A DNA stretch of 50,888 nt from a virus (Duplodnaviria; Caudoviricetes). A program made the translations under genes and the position numbers. The notes beneath the pieces were generated by a model that saw only the letters and a program-made list of their open reading frames with translations, made no database searches and had not been told where the DNA came from. The stretch spans positions 1-50,888 of IMG/VR virus record IMGVR_UViG_3300022693_004335. One strand, 5' to 3'. The first letter of the stretch is position 1. The number at the start of each line of letters is the position of its first letter. This document shows, in pieces, positions 1 through 9,089 of this stretch.

Positions 1-450
1 CTAAGTATTTGAATTAAGATGTTCTCTAAAATCTCTGTTTAACTCATAGGTTAAGAAATAATAGAAGAATGTAGCTTTCATTGGTTTAGATAAAGCCACA
101 TTGTTATCATCTTGAGCACTTTTACCTGGCACCTTATTAAATATTCTACTAAGGTAAGACTTACTTAAGGCTAACTGTTTAATCAAATCATTTCGCTTGA
201 TTCCAAATTCTTGCATTCTGTTTTCGATCCAGTTGATGTCTATAGAATCTACGTCTAAAGAAAAAACTACGGGTACAATTTTGGCGCCCGGGAATATTGC
301 ACGAGCCCGTTCTACTAATTCCTTTTGATTTAAGATTAAGCCATTAATAAGTTTAGTTTGGCTGATCTTTACTCGATCATCATCTAATACCTCAATCTCG
401 ATTCCCATTCGCTTGTAATTCGCTATGGATTGTTTTTGATTATTTTCCAT
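1..450 (-). CDS. HTH-containing protein (XRE-like), possible regulator or antitoxin
   Basis: C-terminal helix-turn-helix-like segment GIKRNDLIKQLALSKSYLSRIF. ATG at 450 (MENNQK) preferred over the TTG at 471. Second gene of a two-gene operon. Confidence 0.55.
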   Translation of the reverse strand: MENNQKQSIANYKRMGIEIEVLDDDRVKISQTKLINGLILNQKELVERARAIFPGAKIVPVVFSLDVDSIDINWIENRMQEFGIKRNDLIKQLALSKSYLSRIFNKVPGKSAQDDNNVALSKPMKATFFYYFLTYELNRDFREHLNSNT

Positions 451-491
451 TTGATTATAAATTAAAAGCAAGGGCGGGGAGATTATCTCCC

Positions 492-836
492 CTATTTAAT
501 TTTAATTTCTATTAAGTTAGTTAGATCAAATATTGCAAGCTGTTTATTTTGCTTTGCAAACTCAATCGCTAGTTGTAATTCTGAATTTTTAAAGACTCTT
601 ATTGAATCAAAGTAGTACATTTTGTTGTCTTCATTTAGCCAACCTCCTACTATTTTGTTATGCTTAAGAGCGTGATTAATAACTTGTTTTAAGGCTTCTT
701 TGCCGAAGCTGTTCTGAGTGTCATTGTAAGCAACTACAATTCCAAATTTAACAGCTTTTAAAGTTTCAATGTTTAGAGTGAAACCTTCAGGATTGTTTTT
801 TGAGTATTCCCAAACTCGGTCAATTAAGTTTTCCAT
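492..836 (-). CDS. Hypothetical protein, possibly phage SAM-lyase-like
   Basis: 114 aa with motifs GFT, VVAY, GGW, YYFD and A..FA..N.Q.AIFDL. The functional call is pattern-based inference only. Confidence 0.4.
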   Translation of the reverse strand: MENLIDRVWEYSKNNPEGFTLNIETLKAVKFGIVVAYNDTQNSFGKEALKQVINHALKHNKIVGGWLNEDNKMYYFDSIRVFKNSELQLAIEFAKQNKQLAIFDLTNLIEIKIK

Positions 837-973
837 TTTGATAACTTGTTTTGTTAATCATTATGTCAAAGAACCCTTGCTTATTACTGATGTAAAGATA
901 AAATAAAAGTTTACATTATGAAAACTATTTTAAATTTATTTTTGATTTATATTGTACCTTTAATATAACTGAG

Positions 974-2227
974 ATGAACAGAATTATTCTTGTAGGCAAC
1001 GGATTTGATTTAGCTCACGATTTGAAAACCAGTTACGATGATTTTTTAAATTATTACTGGGAACAGGTTATTGACAACGTGAATCAGAATTTAAAGGAAG
1101 GCTATGAAGGAAATGGCATAAAGATTCTAAGAGGTATAGGTGATAAATGTGTTGGAAAAACATATTCGCATCTTGTGAATAGTGCTGCTCAAGTAGCTTG
1201 TAAAATCCAATTTACAAACAGCTTTTTGAAAATAATAATGGAATCGAAAAGTTTGAATAATTGGGTTGATATTGAAGATGTTTATTATAGAGAATTGGTG
1301 AAGAGAATGAATAATAGTCCAAAGTCAATTTATTCATTAAATAAACAATTTGAGGAAATTAAATTAGCTTTAAAAAATTACCTATCCACCATAAATTTTA
1401 AAGTGAATTCTGAAAAAAGAGTACATATCAGGAATTCATTTGAATCTCACATTTTCACTCCATTTAACTTTAAGGATTTTATAGAAAATGCGGTTGACGA
1501 TAAATCTGAGAGGGAATTAAAATTACTTAATTCATATATTGACAATCCAGAGAATTTCAAAAATAATCAATATCTATTTAATTTAAGTCGAAGGATTACA
1601 AAGGCTACAAATAAAAAAACTGCTATCACAGATTTATTGCTGAGTAACGATAGTGAGATTTATTTTGATCTAATTCCTGACAATATTTATTTACTAGATT
1701 TCAATTATACCAATACAACCAGTAACTATATTGAAAAGGTTTATTACGACTATTCTCTTGATAAAATGAGAAAGATTAATTGCGAAATAAACCACATACA
1801 TGGATCTCTCAATCCAAAACATAATAATCCTATAATTTTTGGTTTCGGGGACGAATTGGATGACAATTATCCAGCCATCGAAAAATTAAACAATAACGAC
1901 TTTCTTGAAAATATAAAATCCATAAGATATTCAGATACTGACAATTATAAAAAGTTACTTCAATTTGTTAATTCTGATCAATACCAAATATGCATTTTTG
2001 GACACTCCTGTGGTGTTTCCGATCGTACAATGCTCAACACCTTATTTGAGCACGAGAATTGTGTATCTATCAAACCATATTATCATTTAAGAGAAAATGG
2101 TACCGACAATTACAGTGATATCGTACGGAATATATCCCGTAACTTTAACAATAAAGCCAGTATGCGTGATAAGGTTGTAAACAAGACTTACTGCGAACCA
2201 TTAGTAAGACCTGAAAAAAATGGCTGA
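974..2227 (+). CDS. abiH: AbiH-family abortive infection protein (SIR2-like fold)
   Basis: N-terminal ILVGNGFDLAH..KTSY..F plus FNYT, HIHG, IIFGFGDE and FGHS motifs typical of the AbiH family. Confidence 0.85.
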   Translation: MNRIILVGNGFDLAHDLKTSYDDFLNYYWEQVIDNVNQNLKEGYEGNGIKILRGIGDKCVGKTYSHLVNSAAQVACKIQFTNSFLKIIMESKSLNNWVDIEDVYYRELVKRMNNSPKSIYSLNKQFEEIKLALKNYLSTINFKVNSEKRVHIRNSFESHIFTPFNFKDFIENAVDDKSERELKLLNSYIDNPENFKNNQYLFNLSRRITKATNKKTAITDLLLSNDSEIYFDLIPDNIYLLDFNYTNTTSNYIEKVYYDYSLDKMRKINCEINHIHGSLNPKHNNPIIFGFGDELDDNYPAIEKLNNNDFLENIKSIRYSDTDNYKKLLQFVNSDQYQICIFGHSCGVSDRTMLNTLFEHENCVSIKPYYHLRENGTDNYSDIVRNISRNFNNKASMRDKVVNKTYCEPLVRPEKNG

Positions 2228-2363
2228 ATTCTGTAAAAAATGTGGAGACAAATTAGGAATTGGAGGAGTAGATCCACCAGTGTTTTGCGAACATTGCAAA
2301 ATATATTACCCAAGCTCTTGGGAACGGTTCTGTTCGTGGCTTAGCAAGATATTTCGTAAATAA
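2220..2363 (+). CDS. 47-aa zinc-ribbon microprotein (not in ORF track)
   Basis: MAEFCKKCGDKLGIGGVDPPVFCEHCKIYYPSSWERFCSWLSKIFRK: two CxxC pairs, with the ATG overlapping the end of abiH. Confidence 0.55.
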   Translation: MAEFCKKCGDKLGIGGVDPPVFCEHCKIYYPSSWERFCSWLSKIFRK

Positions 2364-2405
2364 CTTATTTAGTATATAAATAGAATTATACTCTATATAG
2401 GTTAT

Positions 2406-3152
2406 TTAGAATAAAGTCGATTGGTTAGAGCCATCAAGCTCTGGATCTATCGCGGGCACCGCATTTAATATTTCAGGAGTATTGGTATCAACGCCTCGTT
2501 TGTAGATTGCATTGCTTACCGGATGATACTTCAATGCTTCATTAGTGAAACTCACATTGATTAACTCTTTAATCTGCTTTTCATTTAAACTAGAATCTAT
2601 CCAGTTCTCGGTAAACTGCTCATCTAGTATTAACGGCATTCGTTTTTTAGCGTTATGGATCTGGGCCATTATATCATTCGCTTCCATTGTCAAGATTGTA
2701 ACGGTGTACAGCTCTTCATCAATTTTATTAAAAAGCCCGGCAAAGTAGAATAGCTTTTGCTCCGGTAGGGTGATATAATAGGGTTGTTTCTTTTCAGTTT
2801 TGGTACCAGGCTTCACATACGTATGTGGCTCGAAAAAACCATCAGCTAAAATCAAGCAACGACCAGACTCCGCACTTTTCTTATACGTGTTACTTGTCCA
2901 GATATCTTCGCTTCTAGCATTATAAGTGTGATAAGGAAACTCTGAAGGAGCGCCTTGGTGAAAATCCGGTATCAGTTTCCAGTCAGCCGGCCAGATCCGT
3001 TGGGGATCATCCTGAGGAATTATATGCAATAACTTATCACCAAAAGCATTTATATGATAGTAAGGCTCGTAAACTTCCGGATAAACAAATTTGCGCTTTG
3101 AAGTTTTTACTATCTCTTCTTCTAACTTGGTTAAACTGGTTGCGTTGCACAT
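2406..3152 (-). CDS. SOS response-associated peptidase (SRAP/YedK/HMCES family)
   Basis: Catalytic Cys2 (MC start), YNARSE, CLILADGFFE and IHN...RMPLIL motifs; adjacent to umuDC. Confidence 0.92.
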   Translation of the reverse strand: MCNATSLTKLEEEIVKTSKRKFVYPEVYEPYYHINAFGDKLLHIIPQDDPQRIWPADWKLIPDFHQGAPSEFPYHTYNARSEDIWTSNTYKKSAESGRCLILADGFFEPHTYVKPGTKTEKKQPYYITLPEQKLFYFAGLFNKIDEELYTVTILTMEANDIMAQIHNAKKRMPLILDEQFTENWIDSSLNEKQIKELINVSFTNEALKYHPVSNAIYKRGVDTNTPEILNAVPAIDPELDGSNQSTLF

Positions 3153-3193
3153 AGAATTCTGATTTAAAAACTAATTTATTAATTTTATGTACT

Positions 3194-3451
3194 ATGGGCC
3201 GTACCCGCAAAGAACTTTATGATTTAGCTAACAACTTTTATCTGAATTCAACCATTCAATTGGTTGATAAGGATTTCACGTATTCATTGTATCGTATAGA
3301 ATATCAGGATAAACTTTATGAGTTATGCATAGCTAATCGCAATAACAATTATAATGGCCCCGCTCCTACATTTTATCTTAGAAATCAAAGTGAAAGTTTT
3401 GCTCGGAATCTTTGTTGGAAAAAATTAATTGAACCCACAATACAGAGATAG
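3194..3451 (+). CDS. Hypothetical protein
   Basis: 85-aa ATG ORF filling the gap between the SRAP gene and umuD. Confidence 0.5.
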   Translation: MGRTRKELYDLANNFYLNSTIQLVDKDFTYSLYRIEYQDKLYELCIANRNNNYNGPAPTFYLRNQSESFARNLCWKKLIEPTIQR

Positions 3452-3466
3452 GATTAATTACATAAT

Positions 3467-3483
3467 TTTGGACTTTTTCCAAA
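3467..3483. promoter_or_regulatory. Bacteroidota-type SOS box (GGA-N5-TCC)
   Basis: Palindrome TTTGGA-CTTTT-TCCAAA ending 16 nt upstream of the umuD ATG; matches the motif reported for Bacteroidota non-canonical LexA. Confidence 0.75.
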
Positions 3484-3499
3484 TTAAAGATTTCCTACA

Positions 3500-3919
3500 A
3501 TGTGTTTAGAATTAATAAAGCCTGCAACGGGGTACTCTATTACGATCCCATTTATTGACAGTTTATCTTGTGGCTTTCCTTCCCCTGCCGATGACCACTT
3601 AGATGAAGGAATAGATTTAAACTCCGCCTATATACGTAATAAGGATGCTACATTTTTTGGCCGCGTAAAAGGGGATTCCATGGAAGGTGCCGGTCTTTCT
3701 GACGGTGATCTTTTAATAATTGACAAAAGTCTTGAGCCTAGAGACGGAAAAATAGCTGTTTGTTTTATAGATGGGGAATTCACGGTTAAACGCATACGCA
3801 TAGAGAAAGATATCATCTGGCTAATTGCTGAGAACTCTAAATACAAGCCTTTAAAAGTTACCAAGGATAACGAATTTCTAATCTGGGGAGTAGTAACTAA
3901 CGTAATTAAGGACTTGTAG
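3500..3919 (+). CDS. umuD: DNA polymerase V accessory subunit UmuD (S24 peptidase)
   Basis: CGFPSPA.D cleavage site, RVKGDSM (Ser) and FTVKR (Lys) catalytic motifs. Confidence 0.95.
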   Translation: MCLELIKPATGYSITIPFIDSLSCGFPSPADDHLDEGIDLNSAYIRNKDATFFGRVKGDSMEGAGLSDGDLLIIDKSLEPRDGKIAVCFIDGEFTVKRIRIEKDIIWLIAENSKYKPLKVTKDNEFLIWGVVTNVIKDL

Positions 3920-3920
3920 A

Positions 3921-5180
3921 ATGTTTGCTCTTATCGATTGTAATAATTTCTACGCCTCTTGTGAACGCGTATTTAATCCTTCATTAAATGGCAAACCTGT
4001 TGTTGTCCTTTCTAATAATGATGGATGTGTAATTGCTAGATCGAACGAAGCGAAGGCTCTCGGTATTCCAATGGGTGCTCCTGCGTTTCAAATCAAGCAG
4101 CTTTTTAATAAACATAACATTCAGGTGTTTTCTTCAAACTATGCTCTTTACGGCGACATGAGTGCACGTGTAATGAACATACTCTCCAATTTCTCTCCAG
4201 AGCTTGAAGTATATTCTATTGATGAAATCTTTTTGAAGCTGGAGGGTTTTGAACTATACAACCTGACAGATTATGGTTGTAAAATGATTGATCTGGTTAA
4301 ACGTTCAACTGGTATTCCAATTAGTATAGGAATTGCTCCTACCAAATCTCTAGCTAAAGTGGCCAATAAGATTGCTAAGAAGTTTCCTGAGCGCACTAAA
4401 GGAACTTATGTTCTAGACACCTCAGAAAAAATTCAAAAGGGTTTAAGGTGGACGGAAATAGGTGATGTATGGGGAATTGGCAGGAGGTACGAAAAAAAAT
4501 TACAGAACATCCAGGTTATGAATGCTTGGCAATTCACACAGCTTCCAAACGAGTATGTAAAAAAAGAAATGAGCATTGTAGGTCTAAGATTGAAACGGGA
4601 TCTATCTGGGGAATCAACGCTTGATTTGGAAGAAGTTGCTAAAAAGAAAAATATTGCTGTTACCAGATCCTTTGAGAAAATGTACACTGACTTTGAAGAT
4701 CTACGTGAACGGGTTGCTACATACGCAAGTAAGGTGAGTTATAAGCTGCGTAAACAAAATAGTTGCTGCAAATTGGCTTATCTTTTTTTACATACGAATA
4801 GACACCGGGAAGATCTCCCACAATACAGTAACGGTATAAGTATTCAAATGCCGTATGAAACAAATTCATCTCTAGTTATTACTAAAACAGTAATGAGCGG
4901 ATTGAAGCGAATTTATAGAGAAGGTTATCACTATAAAAAAGCCGGCATAATTGTAATGGGATTAACCCCAGATACACAAAAACAATTAGTCCTATTTCAT
5001 AATGAAGATCCCCGGCATAAAATTTTGATGCAAACTATTGATCGGTTGAATAGAAATTGCTTCGACCAGGTGAAGTTTGGCGGGCAGGATCTGAAAAAAG
5101 TCTGGAAGATGCAACAAAATCATTTATCCAAACGATACAGCACGCGTCTTAATGAGATCATTGAGGTGAAGTGTAATTGA
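3921..5180 (+). CDS. umuC: Y-family DNA polymerase V subunit UmuC
   Basis: [32 protein letters not shown] and the C-terminal WKMQQ..LS.RYST motif. Confidence 0.95.
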   Translation: MFALIDCNNFYASCERVFNPSLNGKPVVVLSNNDGCVIARSNEAKALGIPMGAPAFQIKQLFNKHNIQVFSSNYALYGDMSARVMNILSNFSPELEVYSIDEIFLKLEGFELYNLTDYGCKMIDLVKRSTGIPISIGIAPTKSLAKVANKIAKKFPERTKGTYVLDTSEKIQKGLRWTEIGDVWGIGRRYEKKLQNIQVMNAWQFTQLPNEYVKKEMSIVGLRLKRDLSGESTLDLEEVAKKKNIAVTRSFEKMYTDFEDLRERVATYASKVSYKLRKQNSCCKLAYLFLHTNRHREDLPQYSNGISIQMPYETNSSLVITKTVMSGLKRIYREGYHYKKAGIIVMGLTPDTQKQLVLFHNEDPRHKILMQTIDRLNRNCFDQVKFGGQDLKKVWKMQQNHLSKRYSTRLNEIIEVKCN

Positions 5181-5236
5181 ATGATTCTCTTAGTTTAGCA
5201 ATTTGTATAAATAATTTAATGTGATTAACTTAGCCT

Positions 5237-5312
5237 GAGAGTGAGATCCCGCTTCAGTAGGTTATAGTGCATTGGGTAATTTTCTATAACTGCTGAATCT
5301 CACTCTTTTTTT
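5237..5312 (+). terminator. Long imperfect hairpin with T-tract (terminator or small RNA)
   Basis: AGAGTGAGA/TCTCACTCT, TTCAGTAG/CTGCTGAA and GTTATAG/CTATAAC arms followed by a T run, between convergent umuC and lysis genes. Confidence 0.6.
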
Positions 5313-5355
5313 ATTCTTAAAATCTCAGCAATGTATAAGTAAGCGCTATACCAGA

Positions 5356-5889
5356 TTAAATCTTCGGTAAAAAGAAACGTTCATAAATCCAAAGCGCAGC
5401 AAAAAATAAAATACCTAACCCTAATACCCACACCCACCACGGATAAACGTAAACTTTAATTTCTTCAACCTCTGAAAATTCGTTGATCAATTCTTTTCGC
5501 AGGTTCAAACTATCCCTAACGTATTTATTTCGGTATTCAGTTTCTAGTGAAGATTTTGTGCTATCGATATAAGCCGAAATAATCACTTTACCGTCTCTTT
5601 TTGTGTAATTGAATGTATTGCCGCCGCTTTGTATCTTTCCGCTTGCATTTAGGCTATCGCAGTCTATAACAGTTTCGTAGTATATTGGTTTCGTGATTTC
5701 GACACGCTTTTCTTTGATTACGGTATCGGTTTGGGTAAAGTTTCGGTAAACGGTATCTATCTGAACTCGGTTAGATGTTGTGGTGAGTTCTTTTTTTGAT
5801 CTGCAAGAAGATGCTAATGCAAACAAGCCTGCTACAATTACGGCTAATGCTATTCGTGCTATCCAACGGTAAATTATATGTTTTCTCAT
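5356..5889 (-). CDS. Putative unimolecular spanin (lipoprotein with C-terminal TM helix)
   Basis: Signal peptide with lipobox-like ALASSC and hydrophobic C-terminal PWWVWVLGLGILFFAALWIY; directly downstream of the endolysin. Confidence 0.7.
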   Translation of the reverse strand: MRKHIIYRWIARIALAVIVAGLFALASSCRSKKELTTTSNRVQIDTVYRNFTQTDTVIKEKRVEITKPIYYETVIDCDSLNASGKIQSGGNTFNYTKRDGKVIISAYIDSTKSSLETEYRNKYVRDSLNLRKELINEFSEVEEIKVYVYPWWVWVLGLGILFFAALWIYERFFLPKI

Positions 5890-6479
5890 TTCGCGAATTT
5901 GTTATAAGCTGCTTCCAGCTTGGTGTCGTATTTATTTAGAGCGTAGCCGGGACCATTGTAACCTCTAGCAAATGCCGCCCAATTTTTAGATCGTAGGTGT
6001 CTGGTAAGATTGTTAGCTTCACAAAATTTGATAAAGACCTTGAGGTGATTTACTTCCTTTTCTGCTAAAAAGAAATACAGATCAAAGGCATCTTTGAAGC
6101 CTACCAACTGCGCGTTAAATCCCATCAACTGAAAAGCACCATAAGAAGCAGATTCAACCGCAGCAGTTTTCACACGATCATCTTCGGTCATATCATAAGC
6201 CTCTTCAAGTCGATCCCATTCTCTAGCGCCACCTATATATTCATCACGCGTCCAATGCTTGTATAAGACATCGCGATGCTCTTGCTTTAAGATACTGTAA
6301 GGATCTACACCTTTTTTTACAAGTTGCCGCCAGAACACGTGACCTTCAAAAAGTATTTTGAGCCTTCCGTCTGGCAGAAAACCACCGTTGTTGGCTTCAA
6401 CCTCATAAACAGCTTTGATTGTAGCCACTTCTATATTGTAGTCAAGAGCTACTTTCTCAAATTCAGCTTCGGTTATCAT
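5886..6479 (-). CDS. Endolysin, N-acetylmuramidase (DUF3380-like)
   Basis: AVYEVEA..GGF, ILFEGHVF, SASYGAFQLMGFN and WAAFARGYNGPGY motifs. Confidence 0.9.
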   Translation of the reverse strand: MITEAEFEKVALDYNIEVATIKAVYEVEANNGGFLPDGRLKILFEGHVFWRQLVKKGVDPYSILKQEHRDVLYKHWTRDEYIGGAREWDRLEEAYDMTEDDRVKTAAVESASYGAFQLMGFNAQLVGFKDAFDLYFFLAEKEVNHLKVFIKFCEANNLTRHLRSKNWAAFARGYNGPGYALNKYDTKLEAAYNKFAK

Positions 6480-6829
6480 ACATTAGATTTAGGAAGGTTA
6501 AACAAGCTTAGAAAATCATTGTAGCTTTTGAAGCAATTAAAGAACCGTGCTTGCATCACCAGTAGGCTGTGGAAGTAGTAAATCACATACACCGGTAAGA
6601 AGGCATCACACATTGTATAGCCGGGGTTTGAAAACTTAGCCATAAATATAAATGTGATAAAGATTAAGGAAGCCAGCAGATACCAGCGAACCCTACGGCG
6701 CTTATTCTTCCAAATATTACGCAATCCTAAGGTTAGGTGTGACAACATTGCCAGTACCAGCGCACTGGCTATAAAATGCACCCAAATTGGTGCGCTCTGT
6801 ATAAATAAATCAAATTCTCTAAAGGTCAT
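6476..6829 (-). CDS. Membrane protein, holin or antiholin candidate
   Basis: About three hydrophobic segments; immediately upstream of the endolysin. Confidence 0.5.
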   Translation of the reverse strand: MTFREFDLFIQSAPIWVHFIASALVLAMLSHLTLGLRNIWKNKRRRVRWYLLASLIFITFIFMAKFSNPGYTMCDAFLPVYVIYYFHSLLVMQARFFNCFKSYNDFLSLFNLPKSNV

Positions 6830-7238
6830 CGTTCTGGGTTTTTGATTTGAAAATCCATCCTTCTGCTTTGTGAAAAAGTTCAGGTACGCGCCGCTTGATG
6901 ATCAGCATAATATCCAGCGAAAACACACCCAACAAAAAGGCAGTGATCATCGCTATGATGATGGCTATATTTTTAGCAATGGCGTATTCGTAGCTAAAAA
7001 AAACAAACAACACCGCGAGCAATACAATCAACAAAGCTTTAGGAAAGGTTAATTTGCTCGAAGTCTTATCAGTTGAATCCATCAATAAAGCTACACCTAC
7101 ACTCACCACCATAATTAATATGAATTTATAATCATTAGTAGTCAACACAGGATCCAGTAACCCAGCATCTTTTGTATAGATCTGCGCAAGTAGCTTAAAA
7201 TTGAATAGTATCGATATGATGATGATGGGGTTTTTCAT
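6819..7238 (-). CDS. Holin-like membrane protein
   Basis: Three to four hydrophobic segments and a charged C-terminus; first gene of the lysis block. Confidence 0.55.
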   Translation of the reverse strand: MKNPIIIISILFNFKLLAQIYTKDAGLLDPVLTTNDYKFILIMVVSVGVALLMDSTDKTSSKLTFPKALLIVLLAVLFVFFSYEYAIAKNIAIIIAMITAFLLGVFSLDIMLIIKRRVPELFHKAEGWIFKSKTQNDDL

Positions 7239-7243
7239 TTGCG

Positions 7244-9088
7244 CTACTTCAAAGTAATTTTAAGCTCAAAAATTGATTCGATATAATCCCCGTTATCAAC
7301 ATTAGCAAATCCAGTACCGCGACGGTAATATTTAAGATCTGTGGTACGGTCATAGACTTCTGTTTTCATTGCTTCGTTCCAAACATCTTTTTGCTGAACG
7401 CCTCCAATTAAAACATTTGTAAAATATCCTTTAGCTTCGGCGGTGTATCCTGTACCCGCTTTAGAATAGAACAACGTAGGGTCTTTACCCACTTTTACAT
7501 CTTTCTCTTTATTATCATACAAAGCAGTTTTCACAATCAAATCATCAGCAAACCAACTGCTTGCAATACCCGTAGATACACAACTTAAGCCAGCAAACCA
7601 AGTTCCGCCTAAAATCGGTATTTTAGGAGATATATGTTTAAAAACAGTATAACCAGGCTTTGAAAAGTTTGTACGTTTAAAGTGGATAGCAGCTTCTGCA
7701 GGATAGTTACCGTGATCATACATCAAACTAGATTGCATATATTCAAATTTTTTACAAGCAATAGGCGTGGGTATATCTGACCCTAGGCTGATCTCTTTGT
7801 CATCAGCAAGAATTCGTACACCTGTGAGTTCTTCAAAACCGTGATAACCTCCTGTAAAATCTGTTGCGTTATCATTTTCGTGATACACATCTTCATTTTC
7901 TGAAGTGTGCAATATGTTTCTTCCTGTTGAAACGAATGCACCATCTATTAATTCTACTTCATACGCGCCATATAATCTCCAAAGGTCAGAATGAGGCTTG
8001 ACGCCGTTTAAATCTGAGGCCGTTGCATTAACCAGATGTGCAATTCTAGAAGCTTGGTAGATAGTGTCTTTGATCTGTGTGTATACAGTTACAAGTTCAT
8101 CGCCACTTATACTACCATCAAGATCAACCGTGTAGTAATTGTTTGAAAGTTCAATCAACTTCGTCTCATCTCGCTCTTCTACATCTGTATCTGTCCAATC
8201 GTCACCGGTAAATTCATACCAAGCGTAGTTAACACCTTGCGCACGAGCTTTTATGTGATATAAATCGATTTTAGCAAAAATTGCAGGGTTACCACCGGCG
8301 CGCGCAACATCTTTGAATATAAAAGGTGCAGCATCAATTGGCCGGGTATCTATAACAACTTCATTTACCGTTAAGACAACATTACTTCCTGACCTTGTAA
8401 AGCGTATTACAAGTACTGACTGAAAGTTAATTGTAGGCGTTAAGAGGTCAACATAGGACCCAGTGGATGTACGCACACGAATCGACTTGTTTCCAGAGCC
8501 ATCTGTATAGTAACCTGAAGTATTGGTGTTTTCTCCGTCTTTACCAAAAGCATAGAGGCCATATACATCTTCAGCAGGCGCCTGGTCGTTTTTATATGCA
8601 CCCCTCCATTCAAAGAAATCATCATCATTAACTATATGTATTTCAGAAGCTAGTGACGCCTTTGAACTTGTACCATTGAATCTGAAGAATTTTTTAATAT
8701 CAATTATTTTATTTAAAGCCTCTAATTGAGTGTTAACACTTGTTATTCCTGATTCTAAGTCAACTTTCAAATTTTGCGCGCCACCAGTAGTGAAAAGATC
8801 CGTACCTCCCGGTGAAGGTGTGGGGGATTTATCAGCATCCGTCAACCCTGCAGGTGTTAATTCTTGCGTACTATTATCACTGGCGCGTCTATAAAATTCC
8901 GCTTTAGACGCTGCTGCATCGGTGTACTTGAATAACACATCTTCAGCTGGTGGGTTGTTGGTAAAATAAGTGTTAGCTGCTGTCTCGTTTGCAAATAGCT
9001 TGAAGCCGTTTGCGGCGGCAGAAATTTGCTTACGAAGCTCTTGTAGCTGTCGATCTGATTCTATTCTTGGATAATAATCTGTAGCCAT
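7244..9088 (-). CDS. Tail fibre or receptor-binding protein candidate
   Basis: 614 aa, last gene of the tail module; short coiled segment followed by beta-rich domains. Confidence 0.6.
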   Translation of the reverse strand: MATDYYPRIESDRQLQELRKQISAAANGFKLFANETAANTYFTNNPPAEDVLFKYTDAAASKAEFYRRASDNSTQELTPAGLTDADKSPTPSPGGTDLFTTGGAQNLKVDLESGITSVNTQLEALNKIIDIKKFFRFNGTSSKASLASEIHIVNDDDFFEWRGAYKNDQAPAEDVYGLYAFGKDGENTNTSGYYTDGSGNKSIRVRTSTGSYVDLLTPTINFQSVLVIRFTRSGSNVVLTVNEVVIDTRPIDAAPFIFKDVARAGGNPAIFAKIDLYHIKARAQGVNYAWYEFTGDDWTDTDVEERDETKLIELSNNYYTVDLDGSISGDELVTVYTQIKDTIYQASRIAHLVNATASDLNGVKPHSDLWRLYGAYEVELIDGAFVSTGRNILHTSENEDVYHENDNATDFTGGYHGFEELTGVRILADDKEISLGSDIPTPIACKKFEYMQSSLMYDHGNYPAEAAIHFKRTNFSKPGYTVFKHISPKIPILGGTWFAGLSCVSTGIASSWFADDLIVKTALYDNKEKDVKVGKDPTLFYSKAGTGYTAEAKGYFTNVLIGGVQQKDVWNEAMKTEVYDRTTDLKYYRRGTGFANVDNGDYIESIFELKITLK

Positions 9089-9089
9089 T

